A stretch of 64,000 nt of DNA from Promethearchaeota archaeon. GTDB lineage: Archaea; Asgardarchaeota; Lokiarchaeia; Sigyniarchaeales; SOKP01. The stretch spans positions 64,001 to 128,000 of the forward strand of contig JAEOTA010000086.1 in NCBI GenBank assembly GCA_016840085.1. Direction: 5' to 3'. The notes beneath the pieces were generated by a model. That model was not told the DNA's origin. It made no database searches and was given only the letters and a program-made list of their open reading frames with translations. Shown here piece by piece: positions 30,528-39,335 of this stretch (position 1 is the stretch's first letter; every line of letters starts with the position of its first letter). The translations under genes and the position numbers were made by a program.

Positions 30528-31421
30528 ATGACGGATAAAGAAATAGCTAATTTAGATTTGGAAAGTGAAAAAGTTAAAAACTTAATGAAAGAATACCAAG
30601 AAGTGACTGATAAATATGCTATATGGCGTGGCACTATTACAGAAGGATTTAAAAAGTGGTTGAAGGGAGAAAAAATTTATGACAGAGATAAAGAACGTAT
30701 CTCATTATATGTATCAGATAAAACAAAATCTGATTGGCAAAAATTTAAAGAAACACATGAATATTCTACAATTTCTGCATTAATTAGAGACAGTGTTGAT
30801 TACTACATTGAACAAAAATCTGATATACTGGGAGGAGGTTTAAATAATATTGATGAAAAAACCATCTCAACTATTTCTCATGCACTAAAGGAACCATTAA
30901 CGAGTATAAAAGGTTTTAGCCAACTCCTTTTAGAAAATTATAAAGAAGACTTAGATGAGGAAGTATTATCCACAATAAAAAACATCTTCGACCAAAGTTT
31001 ACTTCTTGAAAATAAGATTATCAACATTTTGGATAATATTAAGGTAGAGGAAACTGAACCCCAATATGATATTCTCCTGATTGAAGATGATCTTGCGACC
31101 ATAAGGTTATTGACTAGCTACTTCGAAAGTAAAGGATATAAATGTAAGGGTGTAGTTAGTGGGACAAGGGGATTAGAGGAATTGCGTGGTGGGCTTCCTA
31201 AATTGATATTACTTGACATCATCTTACCAGACATTTCGGGGTATGAGATCTGCAAAATGATTAAAGATCATAAGACATATAAATCTGTACCTATTTACTT
31301 ATTAACAGCTATTCCTGGTTCTGAAGTTGAAAAGAAAATGGGGGAAACTAAAGCAGATGGATTTATTTTGAAACCATTTGACTTTTCAGATTTCGAAATA
31401 GTGTTTCAATATTTGAACTAA
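30528..31421 (+). CDS. RHH-HisKA-receiver regulator, paralogue 2 (start may be ATT 30456)
   Basis: Same architecture as, and closely similar to, 29336..30175. Confidence 0.85.
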   Translation: MTDKEIANLDLESEKVKNLMKEYQEVTDKYAIWRGTITEGFKKWLKGEKIYDRDKERISLYVSDKTKSDWQKFKETHEYSTISALIRDSVDYYIEQKSDILGGGLNNIDEKTISTISHALKEPLTSIKGFSQLLLENYKEDLDEEVLSTIKNIFDQSLLLENKIINILDNIKVEETEPQYDILLIEDDLATIRLLTSYFESKGYKCKGVVSGTRGLEELRGGLPKLILLDIILPDISGYEICKMIKDHKTYKSVPIYLLTAIPGSEVEKKMGETKADGFILKPFDFSDFEIVFQYLN

Positions 31422-31627
31422 TATTAAGATTAGTAAAGGATTTAGTTTAAATAATACCAAATTGATTATCTGATTCATTTTATTTCTCTTTAGCTAATTA
31501 TTATTGTTTTAATATTGAGAAGCACTTTTAATTTCAATTAAAATTTTTGTATTAAATGCAAATAACATCAATAAAATCATGTTGATTTATAGATCCATTC
31601 CTAATAGAAGTGATTTATTTACAGTTA

Positions 31628-32434
31628 CTAAGACGATTTAACTAACTTTATAAGATAAAAGAGATGTCCAGTTGACTCATCATTACTAATAATAGTGGCA
31701 CGAAAACCGTATTTAAAGGCAATTTTTTTAAAATATTGGGCGTTTAAGAAAAGAAGTTTAAACGGAATCCCAATTTGACCTTTATATTGAGGAATATATA
31801 CTACAAACCAGTATTTTAAGGTACGAATATGTCGTATAATTGTTAATACCTGACCGTCGTGATTAAGTAAGCTGTATAGTCGCTTCAACATTATTTTTAA
31901 TCTATATCGTGTTCCTGAGAGTGCAATATCGTTTCCAATGAGTGTAATAGTGTCGAAAGTGTTGTTGAATTTGTATGTAAAAAAATCACCTATAACACAA
32001 TTATCTATTCCCTCTTTTCGGGCAATATTGTTAATTATTGGTGAGATTTCTATCCCGGTTACGGTTCCTTTTTCCATTAAATAAGGAATATAATATCCTG
32101 TACATGATCCTATATCAAGTATACGTCCTTGTGCTAACTCAATAAGTTTTCTTTCCAAAGGAAAAAGTTCATCTAAACTTCTAAAATAGATCCCTAAATC
32201 AAATTCCCATTTTATATCATTAAATTCCTTTTGTAAGCAGTACTGGTCTAATGTAAACTTAGATTTCATCTTGCTAGAATAAAATTCTCTTATTGCATCG
32301 GCAAACAAATCCATTGAACGAGTGGTAGGGTGTAATGTGAAGAATGGTAACAATCTAAATAATTTCTCAAAATAGGGCACATATCTTGATAATATCTTAA
32401 ATAATCGGAAGATATAATGGGAGAATATTGACAA
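31628..32434 (-). CDS. class I SAM-dependent methyltransferase
   Basis: ILDIGSCTG, VTGIEISP, FDTITL. Confidence 0.85.
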   Translation of the reverse strand: MSIFSHYIFRLFKILSRYVPYFEKLFRLLPFFTLHPTTRSMDLFADAIREFYSSKMKSKFTLDQYCLQKEFNDIKWEFDLGIYFRSLDELFPLERKLIELAQGRILDIGSCTGYYIPYLMEKGTVTGIEISPIINNIARKEGIDNCVIGDFFTYKFNNTFDTITLIGNDIALSGTRYRLKIMLKRLYSLLNHDGQVLTIIRHIRTLKYWFVVYIPQYKGQIGIPFKLLFLNAQYFKKIAFKYGFRATIISNDESTGHLFYLIKLVKSS

Positions 32435-32833
32435 TTCTATCGATTTTTATCTTATTTAGTATATCAATATAACAATAAATAAAAATTCAATTTTTTTTAG
32501 TGGTGTATAAATTACTATTTAGAAAATTAATATTATGTTCCGTGGTGGTCCCATAGTACCCTAGTTTATGTAATGGCTCTCGAGACATTAGCATCCTATT
32601 TTATTTTTTTAACTAAGTTAAGTTTAACATTATTAGTTATCTAATAATGTTTAAAACTTAGGTAAAACTTAGGTTAAATGAGAATTTGTAATTTTTCTCA
32701 AAGACTACGTATAGAAAATTATAAAAAAAGTTATTTTTAAATTTTTGGTTATCTTTCCATAGATTAACTGAGAATTAGAACTCTCAGCGGAGAATTTATA
32801 CTTTATTTAATAAGTTAAAGAAATTGTATCTTT

Positions 32834-33316
32834 CTACTCAGATATAATTTCGAATACCATTTTCTCTATGATTGGTTTCTTGGTATACCGTTTGTCGTAA
32901 TACCAGCCTACAAGGTGCGCTTTTTGTTCTTTTTCTGGAGCAGGTGGCACGACGATTATCATCACCCCGTTGGACAAGTACTTCAGGATTCTCTTGTCAA
33001 TAGCATGAAGCTTCTCATTTCCCGATGGATGAGAATGCCATTGCCAAACGATATCAACTCCAAGTTCTTGTTTAAACTTACGCATATTATAGATTTTCGA
33101 TTTTTTATACCTCATCCAACTGCGTGGTTTTACATGAACTTTCATTTTCCGTAAATCTGGATTCATGATAAACTGTGTGCAGATGCCAAAGTTCTCCTTA
33201 CGGTCGGCAAAGAGCCATCCATGAACAATATTAGGATATTCTTCTGCTGCTTTTTGTGTGATTTCCTTAAATAAGCTCTCAGGTATTAAGTAACGGAAGT
33301 CTTTTACCCCACTCAT
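32834..33316 (-). CDS. JAB/MPN (JAMM) domain protein
   Basis: EEYPNIVHGWL ... WHSHPSGNEKLHAID. Confidence 0.78.
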   Translation of the reverse strand: MSGVKDFRYLIPESLFKEITQKAAEEYPNIVHGWLFADRKENFGICTQFIMNPDLRKMKVHVKPRSWMRYKKSKIYNMRKFKQELGVDIVWQWHSHPSGNEKLHAIDKRILKYLSNGVMIIVVPPAPEKEQKAHLVGWYYDKRYTKKPIIEKMVFEIISE

Positions 33317-33506
33317 ATTCTCACCATCTCAATGAAGGGCAATGTAGCATAAAATTTATATTTTACTTATTTTAGCAAGAAAACCCTATAAAAGATTATA
33401 TTAAAACCAAGAAAATGAAAAAATAATATGTCTCTGTTGGTTTCTGATTCTCCTAATTTGTTATACTTATCTTCTTCTTTCCATAATGGTAACAGGAGTG
33501 TATAAA

Positions 33507-33612
33507 TGGTGGGCCAGGAGAGGTTTTCAAGAAAAGATGAGAAATCTTCTCTTATTGAACTCCCGACCTTCTCGGTGTAAGCGAGACGTCATAACCACTA
33601 GACTACTGGCCC
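33507..33612 (-). tRNA. tRNA-Val(TAC) with encoded CCA and a 30-nt intron at 59/60 (33524-33553)
   Basis: Acceptor GGGCCAG/CTGGCCC-ACCA, anticodon arm CTCG-CT TAC AC-CGAG; strict BHB with central helix TTCA/TGAA and bulges AT^A and AA^C. Confidence 0.93.
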
Positions 33613-33621
33613 ATAACTAAG

Positions 33622-33704
33622 CGCAATCGGTGGGATTCGAACCCACGAGTCCGTTGGACACCGGTTTAGCAGACCGGCGCTCTACCAGGCTAAGCGACGA
33701 TTGC
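33622..33704 (-). tRNA. tRNA-Ser(GCT)
   Basis: GCAATCG/CGATTGC acceptor, CCGGT-CT GCT AA-ACCGG, long variable arm, GGTTCGAATCC, G73. Confidence 0.95.
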
Positions 33705-34084
33705 AGATTTGATAAATATTTGATATAATACAATTTCAATATAACGATTCAAAATTTTAATATTTTATTATAAAATCTAGCTTCAAAAGATATATTTCAT
33801 TCCTTATGAAAGAAATTCTTATCAGATAAATGAAAAAAGCGAAATTAATTCGAAATTTTTGATTGCTTTTTCTTGGTATAATGAAAATAATAGATGACTA
33901 AAAATCGTGTAAAATTTAGCTTATTGTTAGTGTTTTTGACTCATTTATTTATTTATTTTTTTCTATTGATTTTTTTAAAATTATAAGAGAGCTTAATAGT
34001 AAGGAGGGGAAGAATAAAAAAAAATTTATTATAGTTAAAATAATCTAATTTAATAGCTAAGTATCTATAAATCAAATATATTGT

Positions 34085-34195
34085 GCAGACGTAGCCTAGC
34101 TGGTAAGACGCCGGCCTTGAGTGTTATAATGAAGATTCATAATATTGATAGCCGGTGCGCGTAAGCGCTCGGGGGTTCGAGTCCCTCCGTCTGCG
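34085..34195 (+). tRNA. tRNA-Ser(TGA) with a 28-nt intron at 37/38 (34122-34149)
   Basis: GCAGACG/CGTCTGC acceptor, CCGGC-CT TGA G^A-GCCGG, variable arm GCGC-GTAA-GCGC, GGTTCGAGTCC. Confidence 0.92.
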
Positions 34196-34233
34196 CTAAA
34201 TTTATATTGGTAAAATTATTATTATATTTGAAA

Positions 34234-34307
34234 GGGCTATTGGCGCAGGCAGGTAGCGCAACCGGCTCTTAACCGGCAGGTCGGGGGTTCGAATCCCTCA
34301 TAGCCCG
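34234..34307 (+). tRNA. tRNA-Lys(CTT)
   Basis: GGGCTAT/ATAGCCC acceptor, CCGG-CT CTT AA-CCGG, GGTTCGAATCC. Confidence 0.95.
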
Positions 34308-34356
34308 TCCCATCTCCACTATTTGCTTTCCTTGAGATTTTTCTCAAAGACACCAT

Positions 34357-35151
34357 TTACTCATTCTTAGTACGTAGTCTTTTTATTTTTTCTGGCCGTA
34401 ATGCGCTTAATTTACAATTCTCAAGCTCATTACCAATATGAGAAATGATTCCGGGAGCATCAGATCCCTCTTTTAATAAAACAAGGTTTTCTAAAAAACC
34501 AAATCTTTTAAAAGTAATTATATCTCGGAAATGCCCTTTTCTAGTAATAACTTTCTTGAATTGTCCTTTAGTTTCTCCACTTAAAAACACACCTTCGATA
34601 TTTTCCTCCAAAATTTTTCGAAAGAAATTTATAGTTTGTGGTGCTAACTTACCTAGCAATTTACTTTTTGCTAAATCTATCTCAGTAATATTAACAAATA
34701 CTGGAAAATGATCAATGAAATCATAAGCTTCAATAATTTCTTTTAATGATCTTTCTTTTCCTTCGCATAATTGTGTTCGCAAAGTGTGTAGATTTATAAG
34801 TACATCTGCTCGTGGATTAAGAATAGCACAATCAACAAATAAACCAAAACCTACTTTTCCCACATCTACAAGTGTTCCTCTGAACTCCTTTCCAACCTTA
34901 ATATCGTTGAATTCATTAGTAGATCCTATTTCTTTTTTTAATAGATTAAATACAAACTGTTCCTCTGGACCGCTAATGGAAATCTCAAATCTTTTATCAA
35001 AATCTCTTAGTTTTTTAATTTTTATAGAGGTATCTGAAAACCCCTTAACATGCTCTTTTAAATATTTGAAATATCTAAGATAAATATCCTCTTTCTTTAC
35101 TCGATTCGATATATCATAAATTTTATCAAATAAAACTAACTTTTCTACCAT
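34357..35151 (-). CDS. conserved archaeal protein, DUF2110-like (OB-fold)
   Basis: GTLVDVGKVGFGLFVD; LKEGSDAPGII; likely start MVEKLVLFDK. Confidence 0.65.
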   Translation of the reverse strand: MVEKLVLFDKIYDISNRVKKEDIYLRYFKYLKEHVKGFSDTSIKIKKLRDFDKRFEISISGPEEQFVFNLLKKEIGSTNEFNDIKVGKEFRGTLVDVGKVGFGLFVDCAILNPRADVLINLHTLRTQLCEGKERSLKEIIEAYDFIDHFPVFVNITEIDLAKSKLLGKLAPQTINFFRKILEENIEGVFLSGETKGQFKKVITRKGHFRDIITFKRFGFLENLVLLKEGSDAPGIISHIGNELENCKLSALRPEKIKRLRTKNE

Positions 35152-35325
35152 GAGAAGACAATTAAGAGCTAAAATCAATTAAAACTTAAGTAATTTAATA
35201 TCTTTTATGTAAAAAATTTTTCTCACATTTAATAAAAATCAATCTAAAGTGTAAAAAGATTTAAATTACAAAATTTTTATCTTTCAATAAAACTAAAAAT
35301 AGTATTTTGCGAAAGGTGAAGAATT

Positions 35326-35697
35326 ATAAAAGAACAAAGATTTAATATTCTGGTCGATTCACTAAATAGACAAGAAGGAGTTGAGGAAATTTTTCTTTTA
35401 AACAAAGAAGGAGATATCATTTTTAAATCTGGTGACTTTTCTTTATCGAATGACGAAGCTAAAGCACTACTAAATGCTTGGAAAACAAAAGAACCGTCTC
35501 TTACATATCAGAATTATCGATTTGCTATTTTAAAAAATGATGAAATCCAACTAGCAGCAAAAAATATAGCTGGTGGAAAAGGTAATATCGTTGGATCAAT
35601 TACAAAAGATGGAGATTATCTTATTGCTCATACTAGAGATGAAGGTATGATTCTGTTAGAATGGTCGATTTTTATTAATAAAGTTGCGTGGTCTTAG
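35326..35697 (+). CDS. profilin-like protein (123 aa), non-canonical ATA/ATT start; absent from the ORF track
   Basis: AGGTGA RBS at 35314-35319, then (M)KEQRFNILVDSLNRQEGVEEIFLLNKEGDIIFKSGDFSLSNDEAKALLNAWKTKEPSLTYQNYRFAILKNDEIQLAAKNIAGGKGNIVGSITKDGDYLIAHTRDEGMILLEWSIFINKVAWS*. Confidence 0.75.
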   Translation: MKEQRFNILVDSLNRQEGVEEIFLLNKEGDIIFKSGDFSLSNDEAKALLNAWKTKEPSLTYQNYRFAILKNDEIQLAAKNIAGGKGNIVGSITKDGDYLIAHTRDEGMILLEWSIFINKVAWS

Positions 35698-36024
35698 AAT
35701 AATTCAATATAAAGATAAATGATATAAATCTAACCTATTTCCAGAAATTTTAAATTTTAATTTTTATTCTGTATAAAATTTTATACTTCTCGATAAAACA
35801 TTAAGTGAAAGCTCGATAAAAAACACCAAAAAAATCCAAAATTAGAAAAGATTCTTCGCACAATGAGAGTTTAACTTATGTTTATTTTATTTTTTTATTT
35901 TATTTAAACAAAATATTTATTTCAGTATTTATTACTACTTTTTAATTAAGTAAAACAAAAAAACTAAAAAATAATATAAAGAAAAGAATTAGTTAAAAAT
36001 TTAAAGTTAAGGAGGCTAACAAAA

Positions 36025-36744
36025 ATGTTTCAGCAAGCAGGTCGCGGCTATGATATGGCTATAACCCAATTTAGCCCTGAAGGACGACTCTTTCAAGTTG
36101 AATATGCTATTGAAGCCGTCCGAAGAGGTACAACGGCAATTGTATGTAAAAATAAAACCTCCGTTGTTTTTGCGGTGGAAAAAAAAGCATCTGAACTTCA
36201 AGAACAAAGTATAGGTTCAGAGAAAATATTTAAAATTGATGATCATATCGGTGTCGCTATAGCTGGACTTACTGCTGACGCTCGAGTTTTGATTGACAGA
36301 GCAAGAGTTCAGGCACAAGTCAATTTGCTGAATTATGATGAAAAAATCTCGGTAAAGGATAGCACTTTAAATATCTGTGAATATAAACAGGTATTCACCC
36401 AAAATGCAGGAGTAAGGCCGTTTGGTGTAAGCTTTTTAATTGCTGGGATTGATGCCAATGGAAAGCCTTCTTTATATTTAACTGACCCTTCAGGCGCGAT
36501 GTGGGGATATCTTGCATTTGCAATAGGATCCAATGCGACTGAAGCAAGGGTGTACCTTGAAGAACATTATAGTGAAGAGATAAGTGATGAGGATTTGAAA
36601 TCATTACCTTTAAGAGCTTTAAGGGAATTGATGGGTGATAATTTAAATAAGGATACATGTGATGTAGCTTTTATATTGAAAGAAGATAGAACTTTTAAGC
36701 TTTTAAGTTTAGAAGAAAAGGAAGAATTGTTAAGCAAATTATAA
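36025..36744 (+). CDS. psmA: proteasome subunit alpha
   Basis: GYDMAITQFSPEGRLFQVEYA, GLTADAR, RPFGVS; GGAGG RBS. Confidence 0.97.
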   Translation: MFQQAGRGYDMAITQFSPEGRLFQVEYAIEAVRRGTTAIVCKNKTSVVFAVEKKASELQEQSIGSEKIFKIDDHIGVAIAGLTADARVLIDRARVQAQVNLLNYDEKISVKDSTLNICEYKQVFTQNAGVRPFGVSFLIAGIDANGKPSLYLTDPSGAMWGYLAFAIGSNATEARVYLEEHYSEEISDEDLKSLPLRALRELMGDNLNKDTCDVAFILKEDRTFKLLSLEEKEELLSKL

Positions 36745-36870
36745 TCACCCTTAAATAATATATAATTTATCAAGGCTCCAGCTCTTTATATTTATCCATT
36801 AACGCAAAGACAAAAAATAGGAAAGGATAGAAAGCAAGGGAATCCAATTCATAAAATAAAAAGTGATATT

Positions 36871-37674
36871 ATGAGTGAGCGACCGACTGATAGGGCAAGA
36901 ATTGATTTAGGTGAGTTCATTATAGGACGGATTGAGAAATCAGGAAGAGCATTCGAAATGTTAATGGATCCAGAGAAAGCTTGGGAAGCAAAGAAGTTAA
37001 TTCGAGAGGAAATCAACAAACGTTTGAAAGAAGGTAAGGAAAAATCAAGACTTTCCGTTGATGAAATTCTAAATGATAATAAAATAGATCTTGAGCTAAT
37101 TTTTGAAAGTTATATGGTATTTGAAGATTTAAGGAGAGGAAAAAAGGCAACCGATGGCGATAAAGAGGTTGTATTCGATACTAACGATGGTATAAGAATT
37201 GCAGGACATATTTTACTTGAAGGAGATATACAATGGACAAAAGCTCAAAGAGAAGAAGAAAAAAATAAGAAATTAAAACAAATTATAACTATTATTAGTA
37301 AAAATGCAATAAATCCACAGAATAAAAAACCTCACCCTTATCAAAGAATTGAGAAAGCTATCGAAGAAGCAAATGTAAAAATTGATTTAATGAAAAGTGC
37401 TGAAGAACAAGTTGATGATATAGTTAAAAGTATACGAGCAATTATACCTATTCGAATGGAACAAGTAGAAATGGCAATTAAAATTCCATCAGCATTTACA
37501 GCAAAGGGTTATAATATTGTTGCTCAATATTCACAAATTAAAAAAGAAGAATGGCAATCTGATGGTTCATGGGTTTCAGTTATAAGTTTACCAGCAGGAC
37601 TGCAATTAGAATTAATTGATAAATTGAATAAATTAACGCATGGTAGGGTTCAAACTAAACTGTTAAAATCCTAA
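36871..37674 (+). CDS. ribosome maturation factor SBDS/Sdo1
   Basis: FEMLMDP, INPQNKKPHP..RIE, EEWQSDGSW. Confidence 0.95.
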   Translation: MSERPTDRARIDLGEFIIGRIEKSGRAFEMLMDPEKAWEAKKLIREEINKRLKEGKEKSRLSVDEILNDNKIDLELIFESYMVFEDLRRGKKATDGDKEVVFDTNDGIRIAGHILLEGDIQWTKAQREEEKNKKLKQIITIISKNAINPQNKKPHPYQRIEKAIEEANVKIDLMKSAEEQVDDIVKSIRAIIPIRMEQVEMAIKIPSAFTAKGYNIVAQYSQIKKEEWQSDGSWVSVISLPAGLQLELIDKLNKLTHGRVQTKLLKS

Positions 37675-37767
37675 GTTAATAGTTTTTAATTAAGTTCTCG
37701 TTTATATTGTTTTTTATCTGATAGGGAAAAAATAAGAGTAGTTTTAAAACAGAAGTGAGTAATAATA

Positions 37768-38547
37768 ATGGAAGAAGAAGAAGAAACTAAACCTGAAGAC
37801 TTCGAAGATTTTGAAGATGATGAATCAACGAGAGATCTAGTTATCCCTGGAGAGGTTCTATCTGAAGATATTAAAAATTATTTACCCGGAAGGGGCACAA
37901 TATATAATAAAGATAAAACCAAAATAGTATCACTTAATATAGGATTAAAACAAATCACAAAAAATTATATAAATGTGATTCCTTTAAGAGGTTTTTATAC
38001 CCCGAGACCTGGAGATAAAGTTATAGCATTAATCGTTGATAAAAATCCCGTTAAATATAAATGTGATATAAATTCTAAAGATTTTGGGACATTAAAACCA
38101 AAGAATACAATTAAAAAAGGTAAGGTAAAAGGTTTTAGAGGATCTGGTTATTCTCAAGAACAACCGAATACTGAGAAATTTGAAATAGGGGATATTCTTG
38201 TTGTAAAAATTCTTTCAGCTGATCGTTTAAATAAACCTGAATTGACTACTGTAGGAAAATATCTTGGAAAAAAAAATGGTGGAATTGTTATTTCTATAGA
38301 CCCACCAAAAATACCAAGGGTTATCGGGCGAAATGGTTCTATGATTAAAATGCTAAAAAATTTAACAAATTGTAATATCTTTGTTACTCAAAATGGTCGT
38401 ATTTGGCTGAAAGGAAATGATATTGCTCATGAACGATTACTTATAGAATCAATTAAAAAAATAGCTAGTGAGGCACATACAGTTGGTTTAACAGACCGGA
38501 TGGAAGAATTTATAATAAATGAAAAAAAGAAAAGAGGGATTATATAA
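37768..38547 (+). CDS. rrp4: exosome RNA-binding subunit Rrp4
   Basis: LVIPGE, YTPRPGDKVI, PRVIGRNGSM, QNGRIW. Confidence 0.95.
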   Translation: MEEEEETKPEDFEDFEDDESTRDLVIPGEVLSEDIKNYLPGRGTIYNKDKTKIVSLNIGLKQITKNYINVIPLRGFYTPRPGDKVIALIVDKNPVKYKCDINSKDFGTLKPKNTIKKGKVKGFRGSGYSQEQPNTEKFEIGDILVVKILSADRLNKPELTTVGKYLGKKNGGIVISIDPPKIPRVIGRNGSMIKMLKNLTNCNIFVTQNGRIWLKGNDIAHERLLIESIKKIASEAHTVGLTDRMEEFIINEKKKRGII

Positions 38548-39333
38548 ATGCCATTAATTATTAAAGATGAGTATCCAGAGAAGTTATTTCGTGAAGATGG
38601 AAAAAGGTTGGATGGTCGTGATACAGATGAGTTAAGACCTATAAAAATGGAAGTGGGGATTATAAAAAATGCAGATGGTTCAGCATATCTTGAATGGGGT
38701 AATAATAAGATTTTTGCTGCTGTTTATGGACCAAGGGAAGTTCACCCCCATCATTTAGCTAAACCTGATCGTGGTATTTTAAGAGTATTCTATAGAATGG
38801 CTACATATTCTGTTTTCGATAGGAAAAGACCAGCTCCAGGACGTCGTGAAAAAGAAATATCAATGATAGTTGCAGATTGCCTAGAACCTGTTTTATTTCT
38901 TGAATTATATCCTGGTACGAGTTTTGAGGTTTTTATTGAAATAATAGATGCTGATGGTGGAACCAGATGTGCTAGCACAACAGTTGCAGCTTTAGCATTA
39001 GCTGATGCTGGAGTACCAATGAAAAGTTTAGTATCTGCAATAGCTGTAGGGAAAATAGATGGAAAAATAGTAGTCGATCTTTCTGGAGTTGAAGATAAAG
39101 CTGGAGAAGCAGATTTGCCATGTGCTATTACTTGGTATAACGAAGAAATATCACTGCTACAGTTTGATGGCAATATGGATTTAGATGAGATGAATGAATT
39201 TATGGACTTAGCTACAAAATCATTAAAAGAAATACATCAAATGCAATTGGATGCTTTAAAAAGTAAATATATTACTTTAAAAGAAGAAGAAACTAAAGAA
39301 AAAGAGGAAGAAGTTAAGGAAGGTGAAAAGTAA
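38548..39333 (+). CDS. rrp41: exosome catalytic subunit Rrp41
   Basis: RLDGR..ELRP, ADGSA, VYGPRE, ADGGTR, EDKAGEADLP. Confidence 0.96.
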   Translation: MPLIIKDEYPEKLFREDGKRLDGRDTDELRPIKMEVGIIKNADGSAYLEWGNNKIFAAVYGPREVHPHHLAKPDRGILRVFYRMATYSVFDRKRPAPGRREKEISMIVADCLEPVLFLELYPGTSFEVFIEIIDADGGTRCASTTVAALALADAGVPMKSLVSAIAVGKIDGKIVVDLSGVEDKAGEADLPCAITWYNEEISLLQFDGNMDLDEMNEFMDLATKSLKEIHQMQLDALKSKYITLKEEETKEKEEEVKEGEK

Positions 39334-39335
39334 AA

